DNA of 64,000 bases from an uncultured Gemmatimonadales bacterium (GTDB lineage: Bacteria; Gemmatimonadota; Gemmatimonadetes; Gemmatimonadales; Gemmatimonadaceae): contig CAWBZV010000005.1 in assembly GCA_963793305.1 (NCBI GenBank), positions 1,024,001 through 1,088,000 of the forward strand, in the 5' to 3' direction. Position 1 is the first letter of the stretch; every line of letters starts with the position of its first letter. Under the pieces are notes generated by a model. It was not told the DNA's origin and made no database searches. It saw only the letters and a program-made list of their open reading frames with translations. Position numbers and translations under genes: made by a program. Of the stretch, positions 39,261 to 49,096 are shown one piece after another.

Positions 39261-41276
39261 ATGGCCATATCCGCCCGGATAGAGGAACTGGAAAGGAAGT
39301 TCAACGAGAACCCCCGGCGATACTTCGCGCCGCTCGCCAATGAGTACCGGAAGGCTGGCGACCTGACGCAGGCCATCTCGATCTGTCGCACGTACGTGCC
39401 TCAGCAGCCGGCTCATATGAGCGGCCATATCGTGTTTGGGCAAGCGTTGTTCGAAGCTGGGGAGTTCGAGGAAGCGCGTGGTGTTTTCGAGTCGGCTTTG
39501 CAGCTCGACCCGGAGAACCTCATCGCGCTCCGTCACTTGGGTGACATCGCCCGTGAGCGCGGTGATTTGACCGCGGCACGGACGTGGTACCGCCGCGTGC
39601 TCGATGCCGATCCGCGCAATCCTGAGGTCGTCTCGCTCTTGAGCTCGATCGACGGCTTGCCGGACGCGCAGGTGCATCGCCAGTCGAGTCCGGTCGAGGC
39701 GCTCTCGGGTTGGCAGGACATCAATCCTGAGCGGACACTCGAGCTGCCGCCGACGTTGGCGGCGCCGACGCCGACCCCGCCCGCGGTACCTGAAACCACG
39801 GCCAGTGCGCCTACCCCGGTTCTCACACCCCGCGTAGAACGGCCATCAGCTCCTATAGACGGGTTCTTCAGCGCCGAGAGCGACCTCGAAGAGATGAAGG
39901 CTGCTCCGCCGCCGACCGCGGAAGAGGGCGGGATGGGGTCCGGCTTCGAGTCGATGGAGTTTCAAGCGCCGAAGCGCGAGGATCGCCCGTCGCCTCCGCC
40001 CATCGAGTCGTTGCCGGAGTCGGACACGCCGCAGGCATTCGTCACCGAGACGATGGCCGAGCTGTATCTGCAGCAAGGGTTCCGCGACGAAGCGCTTGGC
40101 GTCTATCGCCAGCTCCTGGCGCAGAACCCGGGCGATGACAATCTCCGCGAGCGCGTCGCGCAGCTGGAGAGCGGATCGCGCTCGAGCATGAGCGTCGCCG
40201 CGGTCTCCGATTCCGTCATCGATGCGGCGCGCGAGCGCCACGGTGCGCCGGCGATGCGCTCGGTGCGCGCGTTCTTCGGCGGCCTGGCGGCGCGCCGCGT
40301 CGTGATGCACGCGTCCGGCCACACGACTGGCGAGCACGCCATCGCCGAGCCCGAAGCTTCGGAGCACGTGCCTCCCGAGCATGAGACGGTCGAGCACACG
40401 ACGGCCGAGAATGCGACGATCGAGCACGCGGCCCACGAGTATGTCCCGCCTGCGCCGGTCGCTGTCCAGCATGTCGCCGTTGAGCCGCAATCCCCCCCGG
40501 AGGCGGAACCACCAGCCGCGATGATGCACGCCGACCCGGCGCCAACACACGAACCGCTGTCGCACGAGCCGCCGTCGCACGAGCCACCGGCCGATCCCGA
40601 GCCTGTGCACGAGACGCCGCACGCCGATGTCGCGGGCTACAGCGACGAGGCATTCTCGGACGATGCGTTCGGGGCGAACTCGTTCACGGGCGGCTACTCC
40701 CCCCGCGCCAGCGGCGGGATGCTGGCCAAAGAAGACTTCGGCAGCGAAGGGCTCGTCTCTCGCGTGACCGAGGAGGTCGATGTCTTTGGCCTCCCCGTGC
40801 GTACCGAGCAATCAGTGCCGGAGCCGGAACCGCCGCGCGCCGAAGCCTCGCCCGAGCCCGAGCCGACGCCGGTCGCCGCGCCGGCCGCGCCGCGCAATTC
40901 GGGTCAGACCGATGCGTCGGTGAACGGGATGTTCAGTGGCTCGACGGTCGCCCCAACGGACGATGCCGCGGCGTCAACGCTCGCCGGCGCATTCGGCGGC
41001 ACCCAGCCCGAGGCCCCGCCCGCGCAGGAGCGCGCGGTTCGTCCGGCGAAGAACGAGCTCTCGCTCGACACGGTCTTCCGCGAAAGCTCGTCGGGCGACG
41101 GCAGCCCGACACGCCGCGAATCGAGCGCGTTCTCGTTCGACCAGTTCTTCGGAAACGACACGAACACCGACAACGTGTCGCCGATCGAGGGCGCGGCCGA
41201 AAACAACAATGATGAAAGCGCGGGTGTCGAGACCGAACAATTCAGCAGTTGGCTGTCGGGACTCAAGAAAAAGTGA
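39261..41276 (+). CDS. TPR protein with long disordered Pro/Glu-rich regions
   Basis: FAPLANEYRKAG TPRs, internal FVTETMAELYLQQG motif and C-terminal FSSWLSGLKKK. Confidence 0.85.
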   Translation: MAISARIEELERKFNENPRRYFAPLANEYRKAGDLTQAISICRTYVPQQPAHMSGHIVFGQALFEAGEFEEARGVFESALQLDPENLIALRHLGDIARERGDLTAARTWYRRVLDADPRNPEVVSLLSSIDGLPDAQVHRQSSPVEALSGWQDINPERTLELPPTLAAPTPTPPAVPETTASAPTPVLTPRVERPSAPIDGFFSAESDLEEMKAAPPPTAEEGGMGSGFESMEFQAPKREDRPSPPPIESLPESDTPQAFVTETMAELYLQQGFRDEALGVYRQLLAQNPGDDNLRERVAQLESGSRSSMSVAAVSDSVIDAARERHGAPAMRSVRAFFGGLAARRVVMHASGHTTGEHAIAEPEASEHVPPEHETVEHTTAENATIEHAAHEYVPPAPVAVQHVAVEPQSPPEAEPPAAMMHADPAPTHEPLSHEPPSHEPPADPEPVHETPHADVAGYSDEAFSDDAFGANSFTGGYSPRASGGMLAKEDFGSEGLVSRVTEEVDVFGLPVRTEQSVPEPEPPRAEASPEPEPTPVAAPAAPRNSGQTDASVNGMFSGSTVAPTDDAAASTLAGAFGGTQPEAPPAQERAVRPAKNELSLDTVFRESSSGDGSPTRRESSAFSFDQFFGNDTNTDNVSPIEGAAENNNDESAGVETEQFSSWLSGLKKK

Positions 41277-41716
41277 GAATCGCGGTTCTCAACGGCCCCA
41301 GCCTGAATCTCCTCGGCACGCGAGAACCGGCGATCTACGGGACGACGACGCTGGCGGACATTGAGCGTCGATTGACCAGCGTCGGTCGTGAGCTTGCGGT
41401 CGACATCGATTTCGCGCAACACAACGGGGAAGGCGACCTGATCGACGCTATTCACCGCATGCGCGGAACGACCGCGGGTGCGGTGGTCAACGCGGGCGCG
41501 TACAGCCACACGAGTCTCGCGATCCGCGACGCGTTCACCGCGGTGTCGGTCCCGTTCGTCGAGATCCACCTGACGAACGTTTTTTCGCGCGAACCGGAGC
41601 GCCGCACCTCGATGTTGGCTCCCGCGGCGCGCGGCGTCCTCTGTGGCTTCGGCGCTTACGGCTACGAGCTCGCGCTCCGTGGCCTGGTGTCGCTCTTGAA
41701 TAGCCAGCATGCGTGA
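41273..41716 (+). CDS. aroQ: Type II 3-dehydroquinate dehydratase
   Basis: LNGPSLNLLGTREPAIYG, NAGAYSHTSLAIRDA and VEIHLTNVFSRE. Confidence 0.96.
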   Translation: MRIAVLNGPSLNLLGTREPAIYGTTTLADIERRLTSVGRELAVDIDFAQHNGEGDLIDAIHRMRGTTAGAVVNAGAYSHTSLAIRDAFTAVSVPFVEIHLTNVFSREPERRTSMLAPAARGVLCGFGAYGYELALRGLVSLLNSQHA

Positions 41717-42801
41717 TCGTCGGCCGGACCGCATTGCCGCGTTGACCGAACGTCATCGCAAATTCGCAGCTCGATGGTCTATTGCTGTCGAGCCCAGCCA
41801 ATATTCGGTACCTGACGGGCTTCTCAGGCTCGTCGGCCTTGGTCTTCATCACTGCGCGAAAAGAGGTGCTGTTCATAACCGATTTTCGCTATAAGACACA
41901 AGTCGCTGACGAAGTGGGCGATCTCGCGCGCGTGATGATCGAGTCGCAGAGCCTCTGGACGGGCCTGTGGCAGGCATTGCCGAATTTCGGCTATGTCGAA
42001 GTCGCGGGCTTCGAGTCGGCCCACGTCCTCCATCGCGATTTCCAACGTCTCCTCGACGCCGGCGCCCGCTGGCAATGGCGCCCGGTGATTGACCTGGTCG
42101 AGTCGTTGCGCGAGCGCAAGGATCCCGACGAAGTCGCGCTCATCGCCAATGCCGCATCGATTGCGACGCGCGCGCTCACGCGGACGTTGCCGGGAGTCCG
42201 TGTCGGCATGACGGAACTGGAAGTCGCTGGCGTGCTCGAACAGGCGCTCCGCGACGAGGGGTCGGAATCGTTCCCATTCCCCTCCATTGTCGCGTCAGGT
42301 GCGAGGTCGGCGTTGCCCCACGCGCGCTCGTCGGCCAAGGCGATCGAAAAGGGAGATCTTTTACTCATAGATTTTGGCGCCGAAACCGGCGGATATTGCG
42401 CCGATGTGACCAGAACGATGATCGTCGGCTCGGCGACCGACGAGCAGCACGAGCTGTACGAAATAGTCAGGTGCGCCAACGAGACGGCGACCGCGCAGGT
42501 GCGGGCGGGGCTCAAGGGAAAGGATGCCGACGCGCTGGCGCGCGACTACATTGAGCGGCGCGGTTACGGTGATGCGTTCGGCCACAGCCTGGGACACGGG
42601 CTGGGACTGGAGGTACACGAGGCGCCGCGTTTGGCGCGGACGGCGGACCAGGTGTTGGCCGTCGGCGCCGTGGTAACTATCGAGCCGGGGATTTACCGGC
42701 CGGGCTGGGGTGGTGTACGGATCGAAGACGACGTGCACCTCGGCCCGGATGGACCGGCCGTCCTGACGCACTTCACGCGCGAATTGCTCGAGGTGGCGTG
42801 A
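41709..42801 (+). CDS. Xaa-Pro aminopeptidase (M24), split by a +1 insertion near 41753
   Basis: MRDRRPDRIAALTER joins IANSQLDGLLLSSPANIRYLTGF. HSLGHGLGLEVHE, EPGIY and GVRIEDD motifs. Confidence 0.92.
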
Positions 42802-42808
42802 TCGTCCA

Positions 42809-43309
42809 ATGATCGATCTCCGCTATGTCAAAAAGCTGATCGAGCTGCTCGACGGATCGAGTGTCGATTCGATCGAAATATCGTCAGATAAGGGGATGAA
42901 GATCCGGCTGTCGAAGTCGCCTTCGCAGCGTGGTGCGGTCCAAGTCGCGGCCCCGGTCTCGGTGCCCGTCCTGGCCGCCCCCGCTCCGGCTCGACTGACG
43001 CCGGTGGAGGGGGTGGCCACGCAGCCCGCCGAGTCAGATGGGAAGCCGGAGCCGCCGAGACTCAAGTTATTGGAGATCAAGTCGCCGATGGTCGGAACGT
43101 TCTACGCGTCGCCGGAGCCGGGTGCGAAAGCGTATGTCACCGAAGGCCAGCGCATCGCGCGGGGCCAGATGGTCTGCATCATCGAAGCGATGAAGATCAT
43201 GAACGAGATCGAGTCGGAGTTCGCGGGCATGGTCAAGGAGGTCTTGGTCCAGGACGCGCACCCCGTGGAGTACGGACAAGTGCTTTTCCGGATCGATCCC
43301 AATGGCTAG
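42809..43309 (+). CDS. accB: Acetyl-CoA carboxylase biotin carboxyl carrier protein
   Basis: IKSPMVGTFY and EAMKIMNEI biotinylation motif. Confidence 0.97.
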   Translation: MIDLRYVKKLIELLDGSSVDSIEISSDKGMKIRLSKSPSQRGAVQVAAPVSVPVLAAPAPARLTPVEGVATQPAESDGKPEPPRLKLLEIKSPMVGTFYASPEPGAKAYVTEGQRIARGQMVCIIEAMKIMNEIESEFAGMVKEVLVQDAHPVEYGQVLFRIDPNG

Positions 43310-44474
43310 TCCTGCCGCCGCGACCACCGCGCCGGCGGCCGACGCCGCGCCGGCCGCATTCAACTTCAAGGCGATCCTGCAGGAGATGGTGAAGCAGAAC
43401 GCATCCGACTTGCACCTGAAAGTCGGCCGTCCGCCCACCCTCCGCGTGCAAGGCGAGCTGTCACCCTTGCAGCACGCGGCCATGCGTCCGGAGGACCTGA
43501 AGTCGCTGGCCGAGCAGGTGATGTCGCCGCGTCAGGTCAAGGAATTCGCCGAGAACAAGGAGGCCGACTTCGCGATCGGCGTCCCGGGGATCGGCCGGTT
43601 CCGCGTGAACGTGTATCAGCAGCGCGGCACCATTGCCTATGCGTTGCGGTCGATCCCGTATCAGACGAGCACGGTCGAAGAGCTCAATCTGCCCACGGTC
43701 GTCGAGCAGATCGCGATGCGTCCCCGCGGCCTGGTGTTGGTGACCGGGATCACGGGGTCGGGAAAGTCGACGGCGTTGGCCGCGATGATCCAGCACATCA
43801 ACGAGCAGCGGCACGCGAACATCATTACGATCGAAGACCCGATCGAGTTCCTGCATCGCGATATCAACTGCCACATCAATCAGCGCGAGGTGGGCACCGA
43901 TACGGGGAGCTTTTCGTCGGCGCTCCGTCGTGTGCTCCGCCAGGACCCCGACGTGATCCTGCTCGGCGAGATCCGCGACCTGGACACGCTGGATACCGCG
44001 CTCAAGGCCGCCGATACCGGCCACTTGGTGTTCTCGACGCTGCACACGACTGACGCGACGCAGACCATCAACCGTGTCCTGTCGTTCTACCCGCCGCACC
44101 AACAGGCAGAAGTGCGCTTCTCCCTGTCCTCGGCCCTGCAAGCGGTCGTCTCGCTGCGGCTCGTGCCGCGCCAGGACAAGGCGGGTCGGGTGCCGGCGTG
44201 CGAGGTGCTCATCAACACGGCTGCGGTACGTGATAATATTCGTGATATGACCAAGTCGCTGAACATCCCGGATCTGATCAAAGAGGGCACGATCCAATAC
44301 GGGATGCAGAGCTTCGACCAGTCGATCATGGGTTGGTACACGAAGGGCATCATCTCATACGAGACCGCGGTATTCTATGCGACGACGCCGAGCGAGTTCG
44401 CCCTTCGCGTGCAGGGTGTGGCTGGCTCGAGCGATACCTCATGGGATGCGTTCCAGTCAGACGCCAATAGCTGA
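43302..44474 (+). CDS. pilT: Type IV pilus retraction ATPase PilT/PilU family
   Basis: ASDLHL, RFRVNVY, GITGSGKST, TIEDPIEF, GEIRD, GHLVFSTLH and GMQSFDQ. Confidence 0.93.
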   Translation: MASPAAATTAPAADAAPAAFNFKAILQEMVKQNASDLHLKVGRPPTLRVQGELSPLQHAAMRPEDLKSLAEQVMSPRQVKEFAENKEADFAIGVPGIGRFRVNVYQQRGTIAYALRSIPYQTSTVEELNLPTVVEQIAMRPRGLVLVTGITGSGKSTALAAMIQHINEQRHANIITIEDPIEFLHRDINCHINQREVGTDTGSFSSALRRVLRQDPDVILLGEIRDLDTLDTALKAADTGHLVFSTLHTTDATQTINRVLSFYPPHQQAEVRFSLSSALQAVVSLRLVPRQDKAGRVPACEVLINTAAVRDNIRDMTKSLNIPDLIKEGTIQYGMQSFDQSIMGWYTKGIISYETAVFYATTPSEFALRVQGVAGSSDTSWDAFQSDANS

Positions 44475-45830
44475 GTGTTCAAGAAGATCCTGATCGCCAA
44501 CCGCGGCGAAATCGCGCTGCGGGTCATTCGCGCTTGCAAGGAGTTGGGTGTCCAGACGGTCGCCGTCTACTCGGAGGCCGACCGCGAGTCGCTCCATGTC
44601 CGTTTCGCCGATGACGATGTCTGCATCGGCCCCCCGCCGTCCCGGGACTCGTACCTCAAGATCCCGCGCCTGATCGCCGCCGCCGAAATCACGGGCGCGG
44701 ACGCGATCCATCCGGGCTACGGTTTCTTGGCGGAGAACGCCGAGTTCGCCGAGACGTGCGCGGCGTCCAACATCGCGTTCATCGGCCCCACGGCCGATCA
44801 GATCCGCGTGATGGGCGACAAGGCCGCTGCTCGTTCGGCCATGTCGGCTGCCAACGTCCCGATTATCCCGGGCACTCCGGGCCCTGTCGAAGACGTGGAT
44901 GAAGCCCTCACCTTCTCCAAGCAGATCGGCTTTCCGGTCATTATCAAAGCCGCCGCGGGTGGTGGTGGGAAGGGCATGCGCGTGGCGCGCGATGCCGACG
45001 AGTTCGCGCGCTCGTTCCAACTCGCCCGCTCGGAGGCCTTGTCCGCGTTCGGCTCAGGCGATGTCTACGTAGAAAAATATCTGGATCGTCCCCGTCATAT
45101 CGAATTCCAGATCCTGGGCGACACGCACGGTCACGTCATTCACCTGGGCGAGCGTGATTGCTCGGTCCAGCGCCGCCACCAAAAGCTGATCGAAGAGGCG
45201 CCGAGCCCGGCGGTCAGCCCCGAGTTGCGCCAACGCATGGGTGATGCGGCGGTGAAGGGTGCCAAGTCGATCGACTACGTCGGCGCGGGCACGATCGAGA
45301 TGCTGCTGGACGCCGACGGGTCGTACTTCTTCATGGAGATGAACACCCGCATTCAGGTCGAGCATCCGGTCACCGAGATGCTGACGGGCATAGATCTCGT
45401 GAAAGAGCAGATCCGCGTAGCCGCCGGACTGCCGCTGTCGATCTCGACGCTGCCACCCCTACGCGGCCACGTCATCGAATGTCGGGTGAACGCCGAGGAT
45501 CCGGCACGAGGTTTCCAACCGTCCCCGGGACGCATTATCGCGTTCCATCCGCCCGGGGGGCCCGGTGTGCGCCTCGACACGCATGTCTACGCGGGTTACA
45601 CGGTCCCACCGTACTACGATTCGCTCCTGGCGAAGCTCATCTGTGAGGGGCGCGACCGCGAAGAAGCCCGCCGGCGCATGAAAATCGCGCTGGAGAGTTT
45701 CATTATCGAGGGCGTGACCACCACGATCCCGTTTCTGGCGCGCGTCATGGACAACCCGCGCTTCCGTGCGGGCGAGGTCGACACCAAGTTCCTCGAGCGG
45801 GAGACGGACCTGTTCAAGGAGCCGGCGTAG
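44475..45830 (+). CDS. accC: Acetyl-CoA carboxylase biotin carboxylase subunit
   Basis: [31 protein letters not shown] and [10 protein letters not shown]. Confidence 0.98.
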   Translation: MFKKILIANRGEIALRVIRACKELGVQTVAVYSEADRESLHVRFADDDVCIGPPPSRDSYLKIPRLIAAAEITGADAIHPGYGFLAENAEFAETCAASNIAFIGPTADQIRVMGDKAAARSAMSAANVPIIPGTPGPVEDVDEALTFSKQIGFPVIIKAAAGGGGKGMRVARDADEFARSFQLARSEALSAFGSGDVYVEKYLDRPRHIEFQILGDTHGHVIHLGERDCSVQRRHQKLIEEAPSPAVSPELRQRMGDAAVKGAKSIDYVGAGTIEMLLDADGSYFFMEMNTRIQVEHPVTEMLTGIDLVKEQIRVAAGLPLSISTLPPLRGHVIECRVNAEDPARGFQPSPGRIIAFHPPGGPGVRLDTHVYAGYTVPPYYDSLLAKLICEGRDREEARRRMKIALESFIIEGVTTTIPFLARVMDNPRFRAGEVDTKFLERETDLFKEPA

Positions 45831-46577
45831 GTGCGCTTGGATGTGTTCTTCAAAGTAGGAGAAGTTGCGCCAGCCGATGTCAGCGGCCGCGTGGTCGCGG
45901 TGATCAACGTCCTGCGCGCCTCGACCACGATCGCTGTCGCCCTGGCGAACGGCGCTCGCACGGTCATTCCGTTCGAGAGCTCCGAAGATGTGATCATGCG
46001 CTCGAAATCGTTCACAAAGTCGGAAGTGAAGCTCGCGGGCGAGCGCAAAATGCACACGATCCCGGGCTTTGACCTGGGCAACTCCCCGAACGAATTCACG
46101 CGCGAGGCGGTGGAGGGCAAAACAGTACTCCTATCGACGACGAACGGCACGGCCGCGCTCATGTCGGTGAATGGCGCCCGAGACACGGTCGTAGCGGCTT
46201 TCGTGAACTTTTCCCCGGTTGTCGCGCTGTTGCGCAGTGCGCTCCGTGGTGGGACCGACGTCGCCATTCTGTGCGCGGGCCACGACCGCCATTTCTCGCT
46301 GGAAGATGCCGTCTGCGCGGGCAAGTTCGCGCGCGCGGTCACGAAGGACCTGCCTGGTGTGATCATCAACGACGGCGCCTACGCGGCCGGCATGCTCAAT
46401 GCACGGTTCGAAGACAACCGTGCGCGCGTGTTTGCAGATTCCGAGCACGGCCGTGCCCTGGGCGAAGCGGGGTTCGCGGACGATCTCATCGTTGCGGCCA
46501 CATTGGACGCGTACCCTGTGGTGCCGATCTATCAGGACCGCCAAATTACTAAGCTAGGTCCTGATCGGGAGCGGTAG
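45831..46577 (+). CDS. comB: 2-phosphosulfolactate phosphatase family protein
   Basis: VI(N)VLRASTT, LAGER, FDLGNSP, STTNGT and FSLEDAVCAG. Confidence 0.9.
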   Translation: MRLDVFFKVGEVAPADVSGRVVAVINVLRASTTIAVALANGARTVIPFESSEDVIMRSKSFTKSEVKLAGERKMHTIPGFDLGNSPNEFTREAVEGKTVLLSTTNGTAALMSVNGARDTVVAAFVNFSPVVALLRSALRGGTDVAILCAGHDRHFSLEDAVCAGKFARAVTKDLPGVIINDGAYAAGMLNARFEDNRARVFADSEHGRALGEAGFADDLIVAATLDAYPVVPIYQDRQITKLGPDRER

Positions 46578-46626
46578 CATCGTTTCAGAGCATGTCCGGC
46601 GCGAGCTTTCCGGCATCGCGCTTCTG

Positions 46627-48856
46627 TTGTTCGCGATTTTTCTCGGCGGTGCCTTGCTCGCCGGGGGCGGCGGCGCGCCGTGGCTGGCCACGGACCCTCG
46701 CACCTGTCTCACCGTCCATGGGTGGTTCGGGCCCGCCGGCGCGTGCCTGCGCGCTGGCCTGCAGGCCTTCTTCGGCATTCCGGCCGCGCTGTGGCTCCCG
46801 CTGATTCCGGCGATCCACGCCTTGCGATTGTTTGGTCGAATGCAGGAGAGCACGGACCGCTCCTGGCTCGTCTTCCTCGCCGGGGGCGTGCTCTTGCTCC
46901 CGATCGCCCTTGGTCTCGCGGTCGCACCGGCCCCTCCCTCACACGATGATGTCGCGGGTCTCTGGGGCAACCTCGCCGCGTTTTACCTACGCAAGTCGCT
47001 GGGCCCGATCGGATCGTGGATTTTAGTCGCGCTCGCGGGCAGTGGATTGATCGCGGCGACGCTGTCCTACAATCCGATTCGCGCGCTGCTCACGCCTCGG
47101 CCGCCTCGTCCGAAAGTGCCGGTCGCCGAAGCGGACCCGCGCGAATTCCCGGGAGTAGAACCGTCACCGGTCCCCCAGGCTGAATCCAAAGCCCTCGAAG
47201 CCTCCGAAGTCGCCGGGGGAATCGCAGAACCGCCGCGGAAATCACGAGGTCGCGGTCGGCGCGGCGAAGCCGCCGCCGCTGCGCTCATTGACCCGACCGA
47301 GTCGACCGAGCCTCCGCCGCCGAGCCCAGCGACCGACGAGCTCCCGCCGGTCACACTCTTGACGCCGGCCCCGGAAAAGAACGTCGAAGTCGGCAAGCGC
47401 GAGCTCGACGCGATGGGCGACAAACTCCTCGCGGCCCTCCGCACATTTCGGGTCGAGGCCGACCTCGGCGAGCGCACGACCGGCCCGGTCGTCACGCAAT
47501 TCGAGGTGATCCCGGCCGCCGGAATCAAGGTCCGCCAGATCGCGAGCCTGGCGAACGATCTCGCGCTGGCGATGCGCGCCCCGAGTATTCGCATCGTCGC
47601 CCCAATCCCGGGCAAGGGCGCCGTCGGCGTCGAGGTCCCGAACCCCGTCGCCGACATCGTGATGCTGCGCGAGCTCCTCGAGTCGCCCGAGTTCCGCACC
47701 TCGCGCGCCGCCTTACCGTTGATACTCGGCAAGGACCTCGAGGGCCGTCCGGTCATCAACGATCTCGCGAAGATGCCCCACTTGCTGATCGCGGGCGCGA
47801 CCGGCTCCGGCAAATCCGTCTGTGTCAACACGCTGATCACGGCGTTGGTCTATCGTCACACACCGAAGACGCTGCGTTTCTTGATGGTCGACCCGAAGAT
47901 GGTCGAGCTCTCCGTGTACAACGGTCTGCCCCACAAGCGCCTCGACGTCGTCACCGACAATCGCGAAGCCGCCAAGGTCCTCAAGTGGGCGCAGTACGAG
48001 ATGGAACGCCGCTATCGTTTGCTCGCCGAGAACGGCTGCCGCAACGTCCAGGAGTTCAATCGCCGGGTCGATGAGGGCAAGCCAATGCAAAACCCAAAGC
48101 AGCCCGACGTAGCATTCGAAGAACGCACGTACACAGAGGGTCTACTCCCCTATATCGTCGTCGTGATCGACGAGCTCGCCGATCTCATGATGACGGTGCA
48201 AGCCGAGATCGAAACCCCGTTAGCGATGCTCGCGCAAAAGGCCCGAGCGATCGGCTTGCACCTGATCCTCGCCACGCAGCGCCCGAGCGTGAACGTGATC
48301 ACGGGTCTCATCAAGGCAAACTTCCCGAGCCGAATCGCCTTCCGCGTCGCCTCCCAGGTCGACAGCCGCACGATCATCGACGGCATCGGCGCCGAGTCCT
48401 TGCTAGGAAATGGCGACATGCTCTTCATCCCGCCAGGCAAGTCCGAGCCGCTCCGCCTTCAGGGCGCCTACATCTCCAGCGAGGAGACCGAGAAGCTGCT
48501 CGACTGGTACAAGTCACACGGTCCCACGCCCTCCGCCGAGGGCTCTGAGCAAGACATCTTCGAGACGGTCCGCCTGCGCGAGCAGGCCGAGCGCGAGAGC
48601 GCCGAGGGCGGCGGCGATCAAGCCGGCGCCGCCGAGCGCGACCCGCTCTTCCGCGAGGCCGCCCAGGTCTGCATCCAGAACCAACAGGGCTCGACGTCTT
48701 TATTGCAGCGCAAGCTCAAGGTCGGCTACGGCCGCGCCGCCCGCATCATCGACCAGCTCCACTTGGCCGGCGTCCTTGGGCCCCCGGACGCCTCGAAACC
48801 CCGCGATGTGCTCGCGGGCCTCGAGGATCTGGACCGCATTCTGCGGACCGAAGTGA
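46627..48856 (+). CDS. ftsK: DNA translocase FtsK; true start probably ~46579; +1 insertion near 48840 bypasses the stop at 48856
   Basis: 4TM N-terminus, MPHLLIAGATGSGKS, IDELADLM, ATQRPS and gamma domain LQRKLKVGYGRAARIID. Removing one T gives DLDRICGPK*. Confidence 0.95.
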
Positions 48857-48857
48857 A

Positions 48858-48972
48858 TTCGCACCGCGTTGCGAAAATTTGCGACACGATTGCGAGGTGG
48901 CGAACGCATCTCCGTTTTTCGCATTTTTCGCACGTTGCCGTGCGAATTTCGCGCGACAAAATGCGAATCGCA
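48858..48972. repeat. Array of TGCGA/TCGCA motifs, candidate activator binding sites
   Basis: Nine exact copies, at 48859, 48870, 48880, 48891, 48919, 48928, 48941, 48962 and 48968. Includes palindromes TTCGCA-N6-TGCGAA and TTCGCAC-N6-GTGCGAA. Confidence 0.7.
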
Positions 48973-49028
48973 GGAATGCCAATTTTGCTAAGGCCCGATG
49001 CGCGTGAGGGTTAGCGCGCAACGGTAAC

Positions 49029-49044
49029 GGGCACTCCGGATGCT
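49029..49044 (+). promoter_or_regulatory. Candidate sigma54 (-24/-12) promoter of the rhs gene
   Basis: GGGCACTCCGGATGCT fits GGCAC-N5-xTGCT with GG-N10-GC spacing, about 50 bp before ATG 49097. Confidence 0.55.
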
Positions 49045-49096
49045 AAAGGAGAGGGCTGGAATGTAGTCCCGTTTCAGTCCTTAGCCCGGAGTCGCT

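Noticed and set aside
48858..48972. CRISPR array or iteron origin
   Set aside because: The repeats are 5-7 bp in both orientations with no unique spacers of constant length. No cas or rep gene is nearby.
48857..49014. C-terminal extension of FtsK to 49014 as in the ORF track
   Set aside because: It translates the regulatory motif array. Removing one T at about 48840 gives a normal end at 48856.
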